From Schizochytrium sp. TIO01 (lineage: Eukaryota; Protista; Bigyra: Labyrinthulomycetes), in NCBI GenBank assembly GCA_004764695.1, contig SMSO01000004.1, positions 1,116,001 to 1,180,000 of the forward strand: DNA of 64,000 bases, read 5' to 3'. Shown here piece after piece: positions 31,817 to 43,677 of the stretch. Numbering within the stretch: the first letter of the stretch is position 1; each line of letters begins with the position of its first letter. Under the pieces are notes generated by a model. That model had not been told where the DNA came from and made no database searches. It saw only the letters and a list, made by a program, of their open reading frames with translations. The position numbers and the translations under genes are program-made.

Positions 31817-33730
31817 TTACTTGTACTTGGACTCTTCAGCTCGGCTATCAACCAGTTGGTTCGGGTACTTCCACACAAAGATTGCTCCCTCCTCGCCAAC
31901 AGATACCATAGTTCGCTGATCCGGAGCAATGCGAACAGAATTAATGTGTCCTGAATGGCCCTCACCAGTTGCAACTAGCTCGCCCTCATCGTAGGAGAAA
32001 ACCTTGACCTGGCATCCATTACCAGCTGCAACAAAGCAGTCACCTTCGTAGTCAACATCAAGAGCATTAATTTGGTGCTGTGAAGCTTCGAGGATACGAA
32101 TAGCATTTCCATCAAAAGCATCCCAATATGTGAGCTTTCGATCAGATCCACAAGTAAGAATCTGCGACTCATCAGGGTGGTACAAAGCGCTCTTGAACAT
32201 TGTCTGGGCAAACATAGCCTGTGTGCGGCGGTGATTCAAAAGATCCCACTGAATGCAAGAACCATCGTCACTTGAACTAATACACTCCTTGTCGTCACTA
32301 CGGACGCAGATAGAGGTCACTGGTCCCTTGTGCTCCTTAAGAGACGCCTGCATCTTGCGATTGCGCATTCCCCAAAATCGAACAGCACCCTCCTGACCAC
32401 CAGAGATGATAGTCTCGCAGTCGTTTGTGACACCAAGTGCAGTGACGCCAGATGGATGCGCATCATTGATGACAAATTCCAGTTTGCCAGAAACAGGCTT
32501 AAAAGCCCGAATTTTACCATCCTCCCAAGCAGAAAGAATGAGATCTCCAGTTTTGGGCAGAGCAACAGCGCTGCACTTCACATTGGGGACCTGGATGCGC
32601 AGAAGTTCCTGGTTCTTACGAGCATTCCAGACACGGATGTCATTTTGTGAGCAAGTCACAAACACCGCATCAAGGCCATGAAGGAACGCAACATCGTTAA
32701 TGGCGTGGAAGTGGCAAGAAGAACGAAGCTGAATAGAATCACGAAGGTTGCCAACATCGGTGCAAAAATAGACATTGCTCTCATTTGTACCAATGTATAG
32801 CTGAGATACAAGGTCGTTAACCGAAGCCCGCACGGGAGTAACAGACGTAGCTTCGCCCATTACAGAACCCGCATCGATCTTTTTCATAGACTTGGCATCA
32901 AGAGCCACAACGCTTCCATCACCACAGCCAGCGATGATCTGAGGCCGCCCATTCGGTGCTCGGATGTAGGTGATTGAACGGATTCCCTTGCGGAAAAGCT
33001 CATTTCCTGCCTGAAGAAAGTTCGGCGTACGGGGAACAAGAGAGATGGACAGAATGTCGCCTGTCGAGGTACCCGCATAAACAATAGAGTCGTCCGCATC
33101 AATTGCGACACACTTGAATACGCGACGAAGCGTACCCATATTAGCCTCTACATGATCAAGCTTCTCCGCATCAAAGTCAATGCTCCAGCGACGCACATGG
33201 TTGTATCCAGCTGTCACAAGCTTGCTATCAGTGTTGTTGTAGAAGCGTACAGTGAGGGCAGACTCAGAAGCAGCCTGAGCGAAGCCAACCTTACCGCCTG
33301 TTTCCGTGTTCCAAATAGCAAGTTTGTTGTCGTCGGTACCGCCAAGGGAAGCGAGATATTGGCCAGAGCATGAAAAAGCAAGAGACTGTACCTTGCCGGT
33401 GTGGTACGCAGGAAGATCGACAAGAGTTGCGTTGGATTCGCCCATTTTAGCTGTATTGAAATCCCAGATCACAACCTTAGCCTTGAAGCCAAGGTGAGTA
33501 CGCTGGCCAGATGCAATCTTGGAGCCATCCGGAGACAAAGCAATCGTGGTGATGATGTCTGTGTGAGAATGAAGAAAAGTCTGCTTACCGGTGCGTGAGT
33601 TCTTCACGACTACGGTAGAGCCGAGAGGGTAAATGATGTGCTCACCATCTGGATGGGCCACAAGACCACTCGAGACATTGCCGGCAAAGCCGAGAGCCGA
33701 GACGAGCTCAATAGCGTCTGCCTTTGCCAT
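31817..33730 (-). CDS. CFAP52: Cilia- and flagella-associated protein 52 (WDR16)
   Basis: LGFAGNV..GL..HPDG.HIIYPLGSTVV, IASGQ.TH.GFKA, LASLGG.DD, TCS.NDIRVW....ELLRI.VPN, SAW.DGKIRAF.P.SG, SSDDGSCI.WDL and YHPDESQILTCGSDRKLTYWD..DG.AIR. Confidence 0.95.
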   Translation of the reverse strand: MAKADAIELVSALGFAGNVSSGLVAHPDGEHIIYPLGSTVVVKNSRTGKQTFLHSHTDIITTIALSPDGSKIASGQRTHLGFKAKVVIWDFNTAKMGESNATLVDLPAYHTGKVQSLAFSCSGQYLASLGGTDDNKLAIWNTETGGKVGFAQAASESALTVRFYNNTDSKLVTAGYNHVRRWSIDFDAEKLDHVEANMGTLRRVFKCVAIDADDSIVYAGTSTGDILSISLVPRTPNFLQAGNELFRKGIRSITYIRAPNGRPQIIAGCGDGSVVALDAKSMKKIDAGSVMGEATSVTPVRASVNDLVSQLYIGTNESNVYFCTDVGNLRDSIQLRSSCHFHAINDVAFLHGLDAVFVTCSQNDIRVWNARKNQELLRIQVPNVKCSAVALPKTGDLILSAWEDGKIRAFKPVSGKLEFVINDAHPSGVTALGVTNDCETIISGGQEGAVRFWGMRNRKMQASLKEHKGPVTSICVRSDDKECISSSDDGSCIQWDLLNHRRTQAMFAQTMFKSALYHPDESQILTCGSDRKLTYWDAFDGNAIRILEASQHQINALDVDYEGDCFVAAGNGCQVKVFSYDEGELVATGEGHSGHINSVRIAPDQRTMVSVGEEGAIFVWKYPNQLVDSRAEESKYK

Positions 33731-35622
33731 TGTAGCAAGAACTATGTCGTAACTTCAGTCTAATCACGTGTGCCTTGCTGACTGAGCGTACTTTTATTAA
33801 TGATTTGCTTCTCAGAATATTGATGAAGCTGGGTGAATAATTTGCCGCTCAGTGAGAATCTATCCACTTCGCTGTTGAACAACTGTTCTGATCAGGCTTC
33901 TGGGCAAAACCTCTTTACTTCAGCCACGCAAGTCTCTTGAACAGAACTTTGCACAATTTGATCTGTTTCGAAGGTTGAGGTCCTTTGCCTTTCTTGACTT
34001 CATGTATTTATTTACATGAAGTAAGGTCTCTTACATAGAAGAGTTCCTACAGATTTAACTATCTAGCTAAGTGTAACTTTTCAAGTAGTCTTGTTATCGT
34101 TTTATTGTTCCTAGTACTGTCTTTAGCAAGACGAAAGCGACCGCTAGAACTGCTAAGGAAGCGCTCTTATTTTCCCTTGATGACCGTTGAGAAGGTGAGC
34201 ATTAGTAATTCCAGAGGTTCTCTATATATCCGTTGAGGCACACTCTAATTTCTGCAAATAGGTAATTAAAAGTAAGAATTGAAAAGTAAAAACTGGAACA
34301 ATCCTCCTTCAGACCATATTCATTTTCTACCTATATGTAACAAAATAAAGAAAAAAGTTACTGTTTCCATATTTATATAAACCGAATGAGCAATTGTACA
34401 CTTTTGCTTCTAGAGAGGTTGCATGAACCACGAATTCGCAAATGGGCGCTAATTCTAGGAAGAAAAGCAGATTGAAACGCCTGATGGTCGACCCATTTAA
34501 AGAGGAGATGACCTTTTCAAATAGGCCTTACGTGCGTAAACAGGTGGTTTCACCATCACTGCTAAGCCGAGAGTAGGTAATAGGCGTAGTTGGAGCGAAA
34601 AGGATAAGGGAACTTCAGAAGGAAGAAATGGAGCGGAAGCTCTTTAGAAATGGGTGAAGAAGACATCTGTAAACTATGCAGAGTCATAGTAATTTCTGAT
34701 GTATGTTTTACGAGCAGTGTTCTACATACATGGAAGCAACTTACAACCGTTTGACGGAACGATTGGACTCCAAAAAGTCTATCTCGAGGTGATAACGCCT
34801 ACAGGGCCGCACATTTAATACTTTTAAAATATTCGATCTCCGAGTCCTCCGACAGTCATGCCTTTTCATGTTTCAAGGAAAGGGCAGCTAGGCGAAACAC
34901 CACCTAGTACCTAACTTGCCACATACGCCGCAACCCTTACCCTTCCACATCGTTCTTTTCCCCAATGTTGTAAATTTATCCTAAATAAAAACACACTCAG
35001 TTTGGCAGGAGCCAGCCAAAACCTAGAGGAAAATGGCCAACCAGACTGAGGATAGATAGATCAATGACAAAGAACTGGTAAAGACGAAACTTTATGAAAA
35101 AGAAAGGAACTCTTGCCACCTTAGTGCTAGTACCTACTACCAGGAAGTACCCAAAAAAAAGAAGCTTGAGAGGTGGAGACAGATTCCACCTGTACTAGTA
35201 GAAAGGCGAATTGATATCTATGAGCGTTGTTTGCGTCTCGAGTACACCACGGAGGTAGTGCAAGTGTGGCTGTAGACCTCTCAGCAAAATAGCATTCAAT
35301 TCAAGTCCAAGCCTTAAGATTTACAGATACCCTCAGAAGTACGGAGGGTAACTTGCGCAGACACATCATACAAGAGGAGCAGTGTTGTTCGGCTTGAATG
35401 GAGTAATTGATAAAGCGGAAGGTTCTTGTGCAGTATAGGTCAAACGAAATGCAATTGGGGAAGAGAGCTTTTGGCAAAAAGGCTCGCTGCACCTTCTTAC
35501 CCTTGACATATCGCCTCTCACCAGCTTAACTTGAAAGTAGAAGCTGTAATACAGTTGGGGCCAAGGTTTTGCATCCTGCGCCTGTACTACAATTGCCGGT
35601 GTAGTTCAAAGTCTACAGCAAG

Positions 35623-37947
35623 ATGAGTCTCAATAATGTTCACGATCATGATGATGATACACTAGCACAGTATGCCGTGAGGGAAGATGAAGCTCACTTG
35701 AGTAAGGAAGAAAGGCGACGTTTGAAGCTTGTACGTAAAGAGGAACGGCGAATTAAGCGTGAAAGGAAAGAGCAGAGACGTTTAGCGAGGCTTATTCTGC
35801 ATGGTCGACATTCAGATACTGTTGTCACGTCGCACATGGGATACCATGGGCGCACTAGTGGGTTCTTTAGCTCTGATAATGATACGCCCAGCTCGCCAAA
35901 GCCAGACATCCCTTCAATAAGTACTGCTTTAGGAGGAACTGATTTTGTAAATAGAGTTCTGAACTCACCGCAAGCCTTTGCTGGCTATTATCCTCAGAAC
36001 CTTTTTCAGCAGTTGTCTCCACGAAAGTCGCCTGCAAGTCCAGTATCATCGACTTCGGTTCCACAACTTCGTCTTGACATAAATGGCAACCCTCCTCCGG
36101 ACGGTGTTAACCGGTATCGCGAAGCAATAACACCACGCTCTGCAACGACACCTCGACCAAAAACTCTGAACGCTGTGGCTCCATTCGTTGAAGAAGTGGA
36201 CAAACCTGAGGAATCGCCAAGGTCCCCGATTCGAATTCATATTCAATCTCCACCACCAACCTCACCTGCTCCGTCTAATTATTCTTGGTTTTGGAGATTA
36301 TCAATATGGACTTGTCTCGGCATCGTTGTTTTAGTTGTAGCATTTATTATTCTGCAAATTGCGGCACGTACATCTGGGGTTTTGAATGTATCTGAAGATA
36401 GTGTTCTTCGTGCACATCGAGATCCTCTAAATCTAATGAAAGTGAAAAATAAGGACGCACCCGTGCAGGTGCGTGTTTACGAAGGAACATCTTCAAGTAT
36501 TCTTGATGTTGCAGAGATGGATCTTGATCAGCTACATTTAATTGAGGCTCTACGGTTCGCAATTTATAAGGACAATGACTGGATTACAATGGGACAACGT
36601 GTAGCTTCGGCTGAGCGCTCTAGCGATGGGATGCAAACAAGAGTACACTTTATGGATAATTCAATGTTGATAATTGACGTAAGTCTTCAACCACCCCGTC
36701 AAGTGTTGTATATAACAGAGGAACATATCTTTCGAGTTGACGTAACGGAGGCGTTCGACCTGTCTATTCCTTTAGGAGCTTCACAATGCAAAGAGTGCCC
36801 GGAGAACTCCCAACTCTCAAATGGAACATGTCTCTGCGATACCGGCTTCCAGATGAATGCACTGTCATTCACTTGCTCAGAGACATTGGAGTCGGCAAGG
36901 TTTTCCGCCTTAGATGCCGAGTCCAACACTATCTCTTATTCTTCTATTGCTTCTATTTCATTCGTTAATGATCCAAGTGATTCGTGCATCGGGAATGTCA
37001 CTTGGCAATCCTCATCAGGCGAGAAAACTCTGGATGGTCCCAACGAACTTTACAAGTATTCGCTATATGCGAACTCTACGACAATTGGGTGCGCTGATAG
37101 TTGGAGGTATGTTGATAGCGACAACAACATACATCCCAGTTCTGTCTGTTTGTCCCTTCGTGACTACCCTCCAGTTGATGCGACCTCATACATTGACATT
37201 CTCAACACCTCTGAAGATGTTTATTGGTGTGTTCCAGATGCATATTTATACTATAACAGTACTGATTTGACTGCTGAATCCAGTCACTATTGGGGATTCT
37301 GCACAACTTGCCCTACTGAATCACCAACACTTAACCCAACATTGAGTACCCCGAGTACCCCAAATCCAACTGGATTTCCAACTTCTCTGAGTCCAACGCA
37401 TCAGCCAACGACGCTGGCACCTACATTAACTCCAACTTCTTTGCCTAGTACAAGCGCTCCTACAACTGAGGATGTTGAATGTATTGTAAATGCTTGCCAG
37501 AATATAGGATTGACGGCAGCAGCTGCTGATGACTATTGTACCAACACCATGGGTCTTGAATTATGCACAATTTCTGCTATGGAGCAAAAAATTGACGTTG
37601 TAAGCAAATTGATCTCTTCAGGTGACAGCATACTCTTGGAATCTGCTTTTATTAACGAGTTCGCATGCTTTACAAGCAACTATACGAACGTTCGTCTTTG
37701 GACATCCGAGACTCATTCCGACTGCTCAGTTGATGAACTTATTAGTTTTGGGCTGGATGGAATTGCTCGTTGCGAGATCAAAACGAATCGCATCGAAACG
37801 ATCTGCTGTGAAAACTCCCCAAGTTCGTCTGAGACTGCGGTGCATCTATTAAATGCTCGTAAGCAAATTCAGTCTGCTGTATCTAGCTCTTATTCAGCTT
37901 CTTCGTCAACATTGGGAACCATTCCGCGAGTTCCTTATACAGATTGA
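35623..37947 (+). CDS. Uncharacterised type II single-pass membrane protein (basic/Pro-rich cytoplasmic tail; EGF-like, FN2-like, PT-repeat and Cys-rich ectodomain modules)
   Basis: 774-aa ORF with one hydrophobic segment (SIWTCLGIVVLVVAFIILQIAA, ~36301-36366), CPENS...CLCDTGF...C, C..SW.Y...C...WC...WGFC, a P/T-rich stalk and A...C...GLELCT...LWTS...C...CC. Confidence 0.75.
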   Translation: MSLNNVHDHDDDTLAQYAVREDEAHLSKEERRRLKLVRKEERRIKRERKEQRRLARLILHGRHSDTVVTSHMGYHGRTSGFFSSDNDTPSSPKPDIPSISTALGGTDFVNRVLNSPQAFAGYYPQNLFQQLSPRKSPASPVSSTSVPQLRLDINGNPPPDGVNRYREAITPRSATTPRPKTLNAVAPFVEEVDKPEESPRSPIRIHIQSPPPTSPAPSNYSWFWRLSIWTCLGIVVLVVAFIILQIAARTSGVLNVSEDSVLRAHRDPLNLMKVKNKDAPVQVRVYEGTSSSILDVAEMDLDQLHLIEALRFAIYKDNDWITMGQRVASAERSSDGMQTRVHFMDNSMLIIDVSLQPPRQVLYITEEHIFRVDVTEAFDLSIPLGASQCKECPENSQLSNGTCLCDTGFQMNALSFTCSETLESARFSALDAESNTISYSSIASISFVNDPSDSCIGNVTWQSSSGEKTLDGPNELYKYSLYANSTTIGCADSWRYVDSDNNIHPSSVCLSLRDYPPVDATSYIDILNTSEDVYWCVPDAYLYYNSTDLTAESSHYWGFCTTCPTESPTLNPTLSTPSTPNPTGFPTSLSPTHQPTTLAPTLTPTSLPSTSAPTTEDVECIVNACQNIGLTAAAADDYCTNTMGLELCTISAMEQKIDVVSKLISSGDSILLESAFINEFACFTSNYTNVRLWTSETHSDCSVDELISFGLDGIARCEIKTNRIETICCENSPSSSETAVHLLNARKQIQSAVSSSYSASSSTLGTIPRVPYTD

Positions 37948-39052
37948 TAATGTTGAAACTTTATACAAACATAAGTGAAGCTACTTCTCTATCTTTTGAT
38001 TCTAAAAATAATTTGCATTTCTGACAGCTTGTGTTGTTCTATTTATGTGTACTTTCAAATAAATTGAAATATCTTGGTGACGCATTTATCGTCGTTGAAA
38101 ATATTATCGTCATTGAAAAGCTATGACTCAAGAGCTTGATTGTACATTAGCCGAATCATCTTCGCTGAGCTTTTCAAATGGCTGGTAGCTTTTGCACGTT
38201 TCTAGTATTCGTATATTCTTTATACATCTTTTGCTATTTGAGCAACACTCACCAGCATGTTTCGTTCATGACTAGCGATGGTAGTGATACACACTAACTA
38301 TCATAACTTTTGTCCTAACAACGAGCGGTGAGACTATAGGGAGAGGAAATTCAGCAATTGATTTGGCCAATGCATAGAAAGAAGCATGCAGGGAGGTAGA
38401 TATATAACTCTACGATTGTGAATGTATCGCATAGAGGACTGACGCTGTGGTTTGGGCTTTCAAACCAGAGTAGCCCTTCGAGCTAGGTACTGTGCATCTT
38501 GAGTTTTATCGTATTTTAAAGACTTCATACACCACGCGCCCTCCCCGCTACAAGAAGAATAAAACCTAGCCAAGCACTTCGAAGCTTCTTTCATTTTCAC
38601 TCGAGCTGTCCTAAATCTCTTCTCCCAAGTGCACAGCCGACTATCAAACTTGCATTAAATACTGTCTTCGAAGTTAAGTTCAACAGCATGCGCACTCTTA
38701 CGTAGCTTCCATGTAATCCATATTGCTCCGTCTAACCTCCCCAAAAACACTGCACGGTCCACCTAGTAGTACTTTCGTAGAGCTGCCTACCTACTCCTTC
38801 AGCTTAGCATACTCACTACTACTAGGGTAGCCAGCTACTTACTGCCCATTTCAGAAGCAAAGGTTTCGTTTTCGAGCGTCCTTGCCACTCTGCTCTTTCT
38901 CCTGGCTGTGGCTTATGCCGCTTTGCGTCCTCTTCCTCCTCGTCCGAGTTCTGCTGGGTCTGGGCTCTCCATGCGAGGCCTCTTCGTCGTCCAAAACCTA
39001 ACTTAGGTCTTGTTTTTGACTATTGATGCGCGATTCTCCGTTGACGTTCGAA

Positions 39053-39079
39053 ATGAATGAATAAATGAATGAATGAATG
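39053..39079 (+). repeat. (ATGA)n / (AATG)n microsatellite
   Basis: atgaatgaataaatgaatgaatgaatg. Confidence 0.85.
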
Positions 39080-41628
39080 CTTTTAACGCATCACACTTTA
39101 CACAAAACGCCTGCATTTTAAATCCCACTCTGCACCCCCGCTGCGTCTTTTATTTCCTATCGCGGGGCACTATGACCCTTTGTGCATGGGATACAATAGA
39201 AGTAATTACTCCACCACACTTCCTTCTTTTCGTATATTAAAAAAATGAAGTAAACAAATGAATCATCATTGAAGCGCCAGCATCGTCAGTTTGAAGCTCC
39301 CTGGGACCAAGAGCTGCTGCAACGTCTTGGCCTCTCGAGGTTCGCGGCGCCAATGCCACGGCGTCCAGCCACGGCGCCGCACGAATAGGCACCGCCGCCT
39401 CTTCGCAACGTTCTCCAGCTTCTTCTTGCTTGCAAGGTGTCGTTGACCTAGCAGTAGTAGTTCTGCCCAAGCACGTGCCACTTCCATTCACTCGCTCGCT
39501 CCTCCATTCTCCCTCAACTCTGACTCGGACGGCCGTTGCGGGTCTGCCTCATCGAACCCACGATGGCACATCGAGGGCATCTGCAGCGCATCGAGCTCTG
39601 CGCGGCGGAGGGGGGTCTGGGGCGGCTGGTCTCGGTCTTCTTGCACCTGCAAGGCCCCGTGAGCTCGAGTTCGCCCCGTTTCGCACGTGGCCTGCTACAT
39701 ATTATACTCGTATTAAACTCATTTCTGCAGAGAGCATCAGAAGCTTGTTTTCAACATCTCCAAGCACAAGGAACTTTGGTCTCCAGTGCATGAGTTCTTC
39801 AGACTTACTATGAAACGATGGTTTCCTCGCAGTTTTCGAGAGCAAAATCTCTATCTTGCCAGAGCACTTGAATGAGTCTAACTAACTGAGCACATGCTAT
39901 TTCATAACTAACTTATTTCCAGCAGGAATCGTCAGCAGGCAGGCAGTCAGTCCTGCCTTGTTACATACACCGCATTCGTGCCCGAATACCCGCAGGCCGA
40001 CTGAAGATGATCCCACCTTCAACTCGAGCGTATCCTTCACCCGATTTCTCTGTTCCGGTCTCAATCTCCAATCATCAAATCAGTTTTCCTGAGAAGCATT
40101 TCTTATTCTTGTTCTTGTATGAAGAAGAGTGGGTGGTTGATAGCACCCTGTTACCTCTTACGCTAGGAGTGCTGGCAGTACCTTCACCATTCTGTGCGGC
40201 GCGAACAACTAAATTGCTTTGTCTTGAATTCTCAATTTTGTAAACGTTAGAAGAATTCAACTCGGTAGCAGGCACCCAACTCTTCACAAAACCGGCAGGA
40301 GCCAATCCCGAACTCAACGATACACCCTGAATCAACTGAAATAAGTGGCAGTTTCTTCGTCACTGAGCGAATCGTCAGCGAAGGACAACAACTCGAGGCC
40401 AGCCAGCCAGCGAGCGTTTACAATTTTGATATATAATTGAGATGAGTGCCTCCATCATATCAGGCACCCATCAGAAGCGACAGAGCGAAAGCTTTGGAAG
40501 GGATGAAGTGCAAACTGGAAATTCCAAGCCTATCTATCTATCAGTCAGTCAGTCAGTGTTACTGTGAAAGCTACTGATCGATCGCACGGCTATTGTTTGC
40601 ATGATGGGTGGCACCACTTTATTACCTGCGCTTTCCGCTTTGATGCCAGAGCGTACTAACCTACAATTGACAACGAAAATGAAGATGAAACCAGAACAAC
40701 CAAAACCAAGCAAAGCAAATGAATTGAATAAACCAAGGCGACCAATGGGAGTATAGAAGGGACCAGTAGCGCTTAGGTTGGTAGGTACGTATACCACACA
40801 AGAGTATGTATATGTAGTGCAAAGGATGACGGGGCTAGTGGATGGTAGGCAACTGGTAGCAGAAAAGCAACCAAGTATAACTGACTGAGTGACTGACTCA
40901 CTCGTTGAGGCTAAGTCTTCGAAGCCGCTCAAGGAGCAGTCGGGATGGATTATTAGGCTGTTGGTACAGAGGAGTTGGAGAGCACAGCAGTGCTCAGGAT
41001 TTTGAAGATTGTGCAGAGAGGACTTGTGGTGAATAACTGAAAGATCGTGAGAGACGGCAGGGCTTGTGACATTTTGGCTGGAAAGTGACGGGAAGTTCAG
41101 GAAATAGTTTTATTTGTTTTGTACGCCGTATTTATTTTTTTTATTTATTTATTTTTACTTTTAGAAAGGAAATAAGAAAGAAAAGAAGTTCAAAATATTG
41201 TACAAAGTGATTGACTTCTTCAGTCATTGGAAATCAAACAGACCTTCTCTCGCGAGGTTGCCGCTTCGCGCTTGGCCTTGACCTCGCTGCTGCTCCTGAC
41301 GCCGCGGAGAGCTACAGGCAAGCCGCCTACGCCCTGAGGCATTCATTGCGCTGGCTAGTACAAGTCAACAAGTGGTTATTGGATCATCGGCATCGGCATC
41401 GCTCACCACGTCGTTCACTCCCAGCTCCTGAGTTCTACCCCTTTCTGACGCTTGTTATTTCTTCGCCTATCCGCCGCCGTGGCGGAGCCAGGTCTGCGTT
41501 GCCAGGACGTGCCCTCTCGATACCTTGCTATCTAGCGACGCCGCTTGCGTCGTCACGGAAGAGACGAGCAGGAAGCGAAATCGAAAGAAGAGAAAGAAGG
41601 TAATAAAATCGATCGATCACTTAGAAAG

Positions 41629-41659
41629 AAACATTGAAAACATTGAAAACATTGAACAT
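41629..41659 (+). repeat. (AAACATTGA)~3 tandem repeat
   Basis: aaacattgaaaacattgaaaacattgaacat. Confidence 0.85.
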
Positions 41660-42281
41660 TTCAATTAATCAATCACATCTCTGATCGTATCATCTCATAG
41701 ATATTTACATCACCAGCTGGGATCGGGATTATCGTTATCATTTGAGCCGGCACATCACTGCAGTGCATGCAATATCACCGCGTATTATATTTTATCATAT
41801 CACATTTCAGACTAACCTGTTGAAGGGCCAGGCCCGTGCAGCGTGTGGTGGAGTCCGTGACGGAGCAAAGTTGCTACCTTGCTAGGACACTCTGAGGGGA
41901 AAACTTACCAAGCCTAGAAATTGAGGCTTTGTAGTAGCTGCACGAGTTACTTTTGTGCTATTGGCGTTGCTAATTGTAATTGTAGACTTGCGCTCAGTGA
42001 GAAGAAGCCTGAATACTTCGTTATCTTTGGTCAAATTTGAACGAAGACAAAGTGGGGTGAGAAGCTTATATATTATCTCTCAAACAGCTAACATCGAAGT
42101 TGTAGATTTTCAACGAGTAGGACGAATTCAATTGAATTTGTGTGCGTAATCTTCGCGCCAAAGTTAGCGAGATCAGGTCGAATCTTAAAAAGGCGAGGCT
42201 CTGTTTTGTGCGTTCTCTCCTCAAATTTTGTTAGCTAGAAACTGTGAGGGTTCACAAGGCAATTAATTAGACTACACCATC

Positions 42282-43220
42282 ATGGGGGACGTGGAAGATA
42301 TTTCAGATCCGCCAACGCGGTTAGAGGATATCACTGTACAACGTACCAATGCTAGTTTTGCGACGGCTGGTCTCATCACCCAAACAGATGCTTCAGGCCA
42401 GCCCATGGCCCCAGCACAGCCGAACGAAATGCTCCGAAACGCCCGCATGAATGATAGAATAGCACTGGAGCAAGCTAGACGATCCCAAATGCAGGATGAC
42501 CAGACGAATGCTGACTCTTCATGCTGTTGTCGCATGTGCTTGTCTTGCTTTAATGTTTGCTGTTGCATCTCTCCGATTGAAGGCAACGGCCCAAAGCTCT
42601 TGCCTCCCCAACTTCCCGCGATGCGTGGACGCAAGTGCTTAGTCTTAGATTTGGACGAGACTCTTGTTCACTCCTCTTTCACACCCGTCCCAAATCCTGA
42701 TTATATTTTGCCTGTAGAAATTGAGGGCGTTGTTCATCATGTATACGTTCTGAAGAGGCCCGGCACAGATGAGTTTCTTGAAAGATTGGGGAAAGTCTAC
42801 GAGATTGTTATTTTCACCGCAAGTCTTGGCAAATATGCCTCGCCGTTACTAGATCTACTCGATATTCACCATGTCATAGAGTATCGCCTCTTTCGTGAGT
42901 CCTGCACAAGTCACCAGGGAAATTATGTCAAGGATCTGACACTGTTGGGGCGTGACCTCAAATCAATCATCATTGTGGATAACTCTCCAGCTTCGTATAT
43001 GTTTCACCCAGAGAATGCTATTGCAGTTTCTTCTTTCATTGACGATATGTCTGATCGTGAGCTTTTCTATGCTCTTCCCTTCCTTGAAAAGATGGTATCT
43101 GTCCCCGATGTTACGGAAACATTGCATACATATCCTCAATTCATTGCAGAACAGATGGCCCTACAAAGAGCCAAAATCACAAACGGGAACCGAAACAGTA
43201 ACAGGAGCTCCGCAAGTTGA
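42282..43220 (+). CDS. Small CTD phosphatase (SCP/CTDSP, NIF/FCP1-like HAD family; PSR1/2-like)
   Basis: [16 protein letters not shown] (DxDxT), [39 protein letters not shown] and IIVDNSP.SY.FHPENA. Confidence 0.95.
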   Translation: MGDVEDISDPPTRLEDITVQRTNASFATAGLITQTDASGQPMAPAQPNEMLRNARMNDRIALEQARRSQMQDDQTNADSSCCCRMCLSCFNVCCCISPIEGNGPKLLPPQLPAMRGRKCLVLDLDETLVHSSFTPVPNPDYILPVEIEGVVHHVYVLKRPGTDEFLERLGKVYEIVIFTASLGKYASPLLDLLDIHHVIEYRLFRESCTSHQGNYVKDLTLLGRDLKSIIIVDNSPASYMFHPENAIAVSSFIDDMSDRELFYALPFLEKMVSVPDVTETLHTYPQFIAEQMALQRAKITNGNRNSNRSSAS

Positions 43221-43677
43221 TTTCAGTGTTTTTCCTCTCTTTCTTATTCACTCTTCCTAACCCCTCCGTATCTTCGTTGTTCTTTGCATACATGCCCTAT
43301 CCTAGCTGTTTACGTGCATAGAAATTCAAGTTCACCTTATGCTGTCATTGTTGATTTGGTGTCTGCTTTTTCTACGATTTCGCCATTCGCATGTTCTCTT
43401 TTACTGCATCCTTACGTTGTGTTTCCTTTCTTCTTTAATATTTGCTAAGAATCAAACAAATATTTGTAAAACATTACATGATACTGACTTCTTGAATAGT
43501 TCTAGGTGACTATGAAGCATAATTCGTAACTTGGATGGTTCTAGAAGTGTATGCTTAAATGAGTTTGATATTTCGATCCAAGAAAAATAAAGATGACGAG
43601 CAACACCGTGCACGCATACACGGGATGCATTTTAGATATAGTAATTCTTGTAATTGTTCATTTATTCGTTCATTTAC

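Noticed and set aside
34442-34673. Basic ORF-like stretch MGANSRKKSRLKRLMVDPF... with internal stops
   Set aside because: Too short and no family recognised; cannot be distinguished from chance
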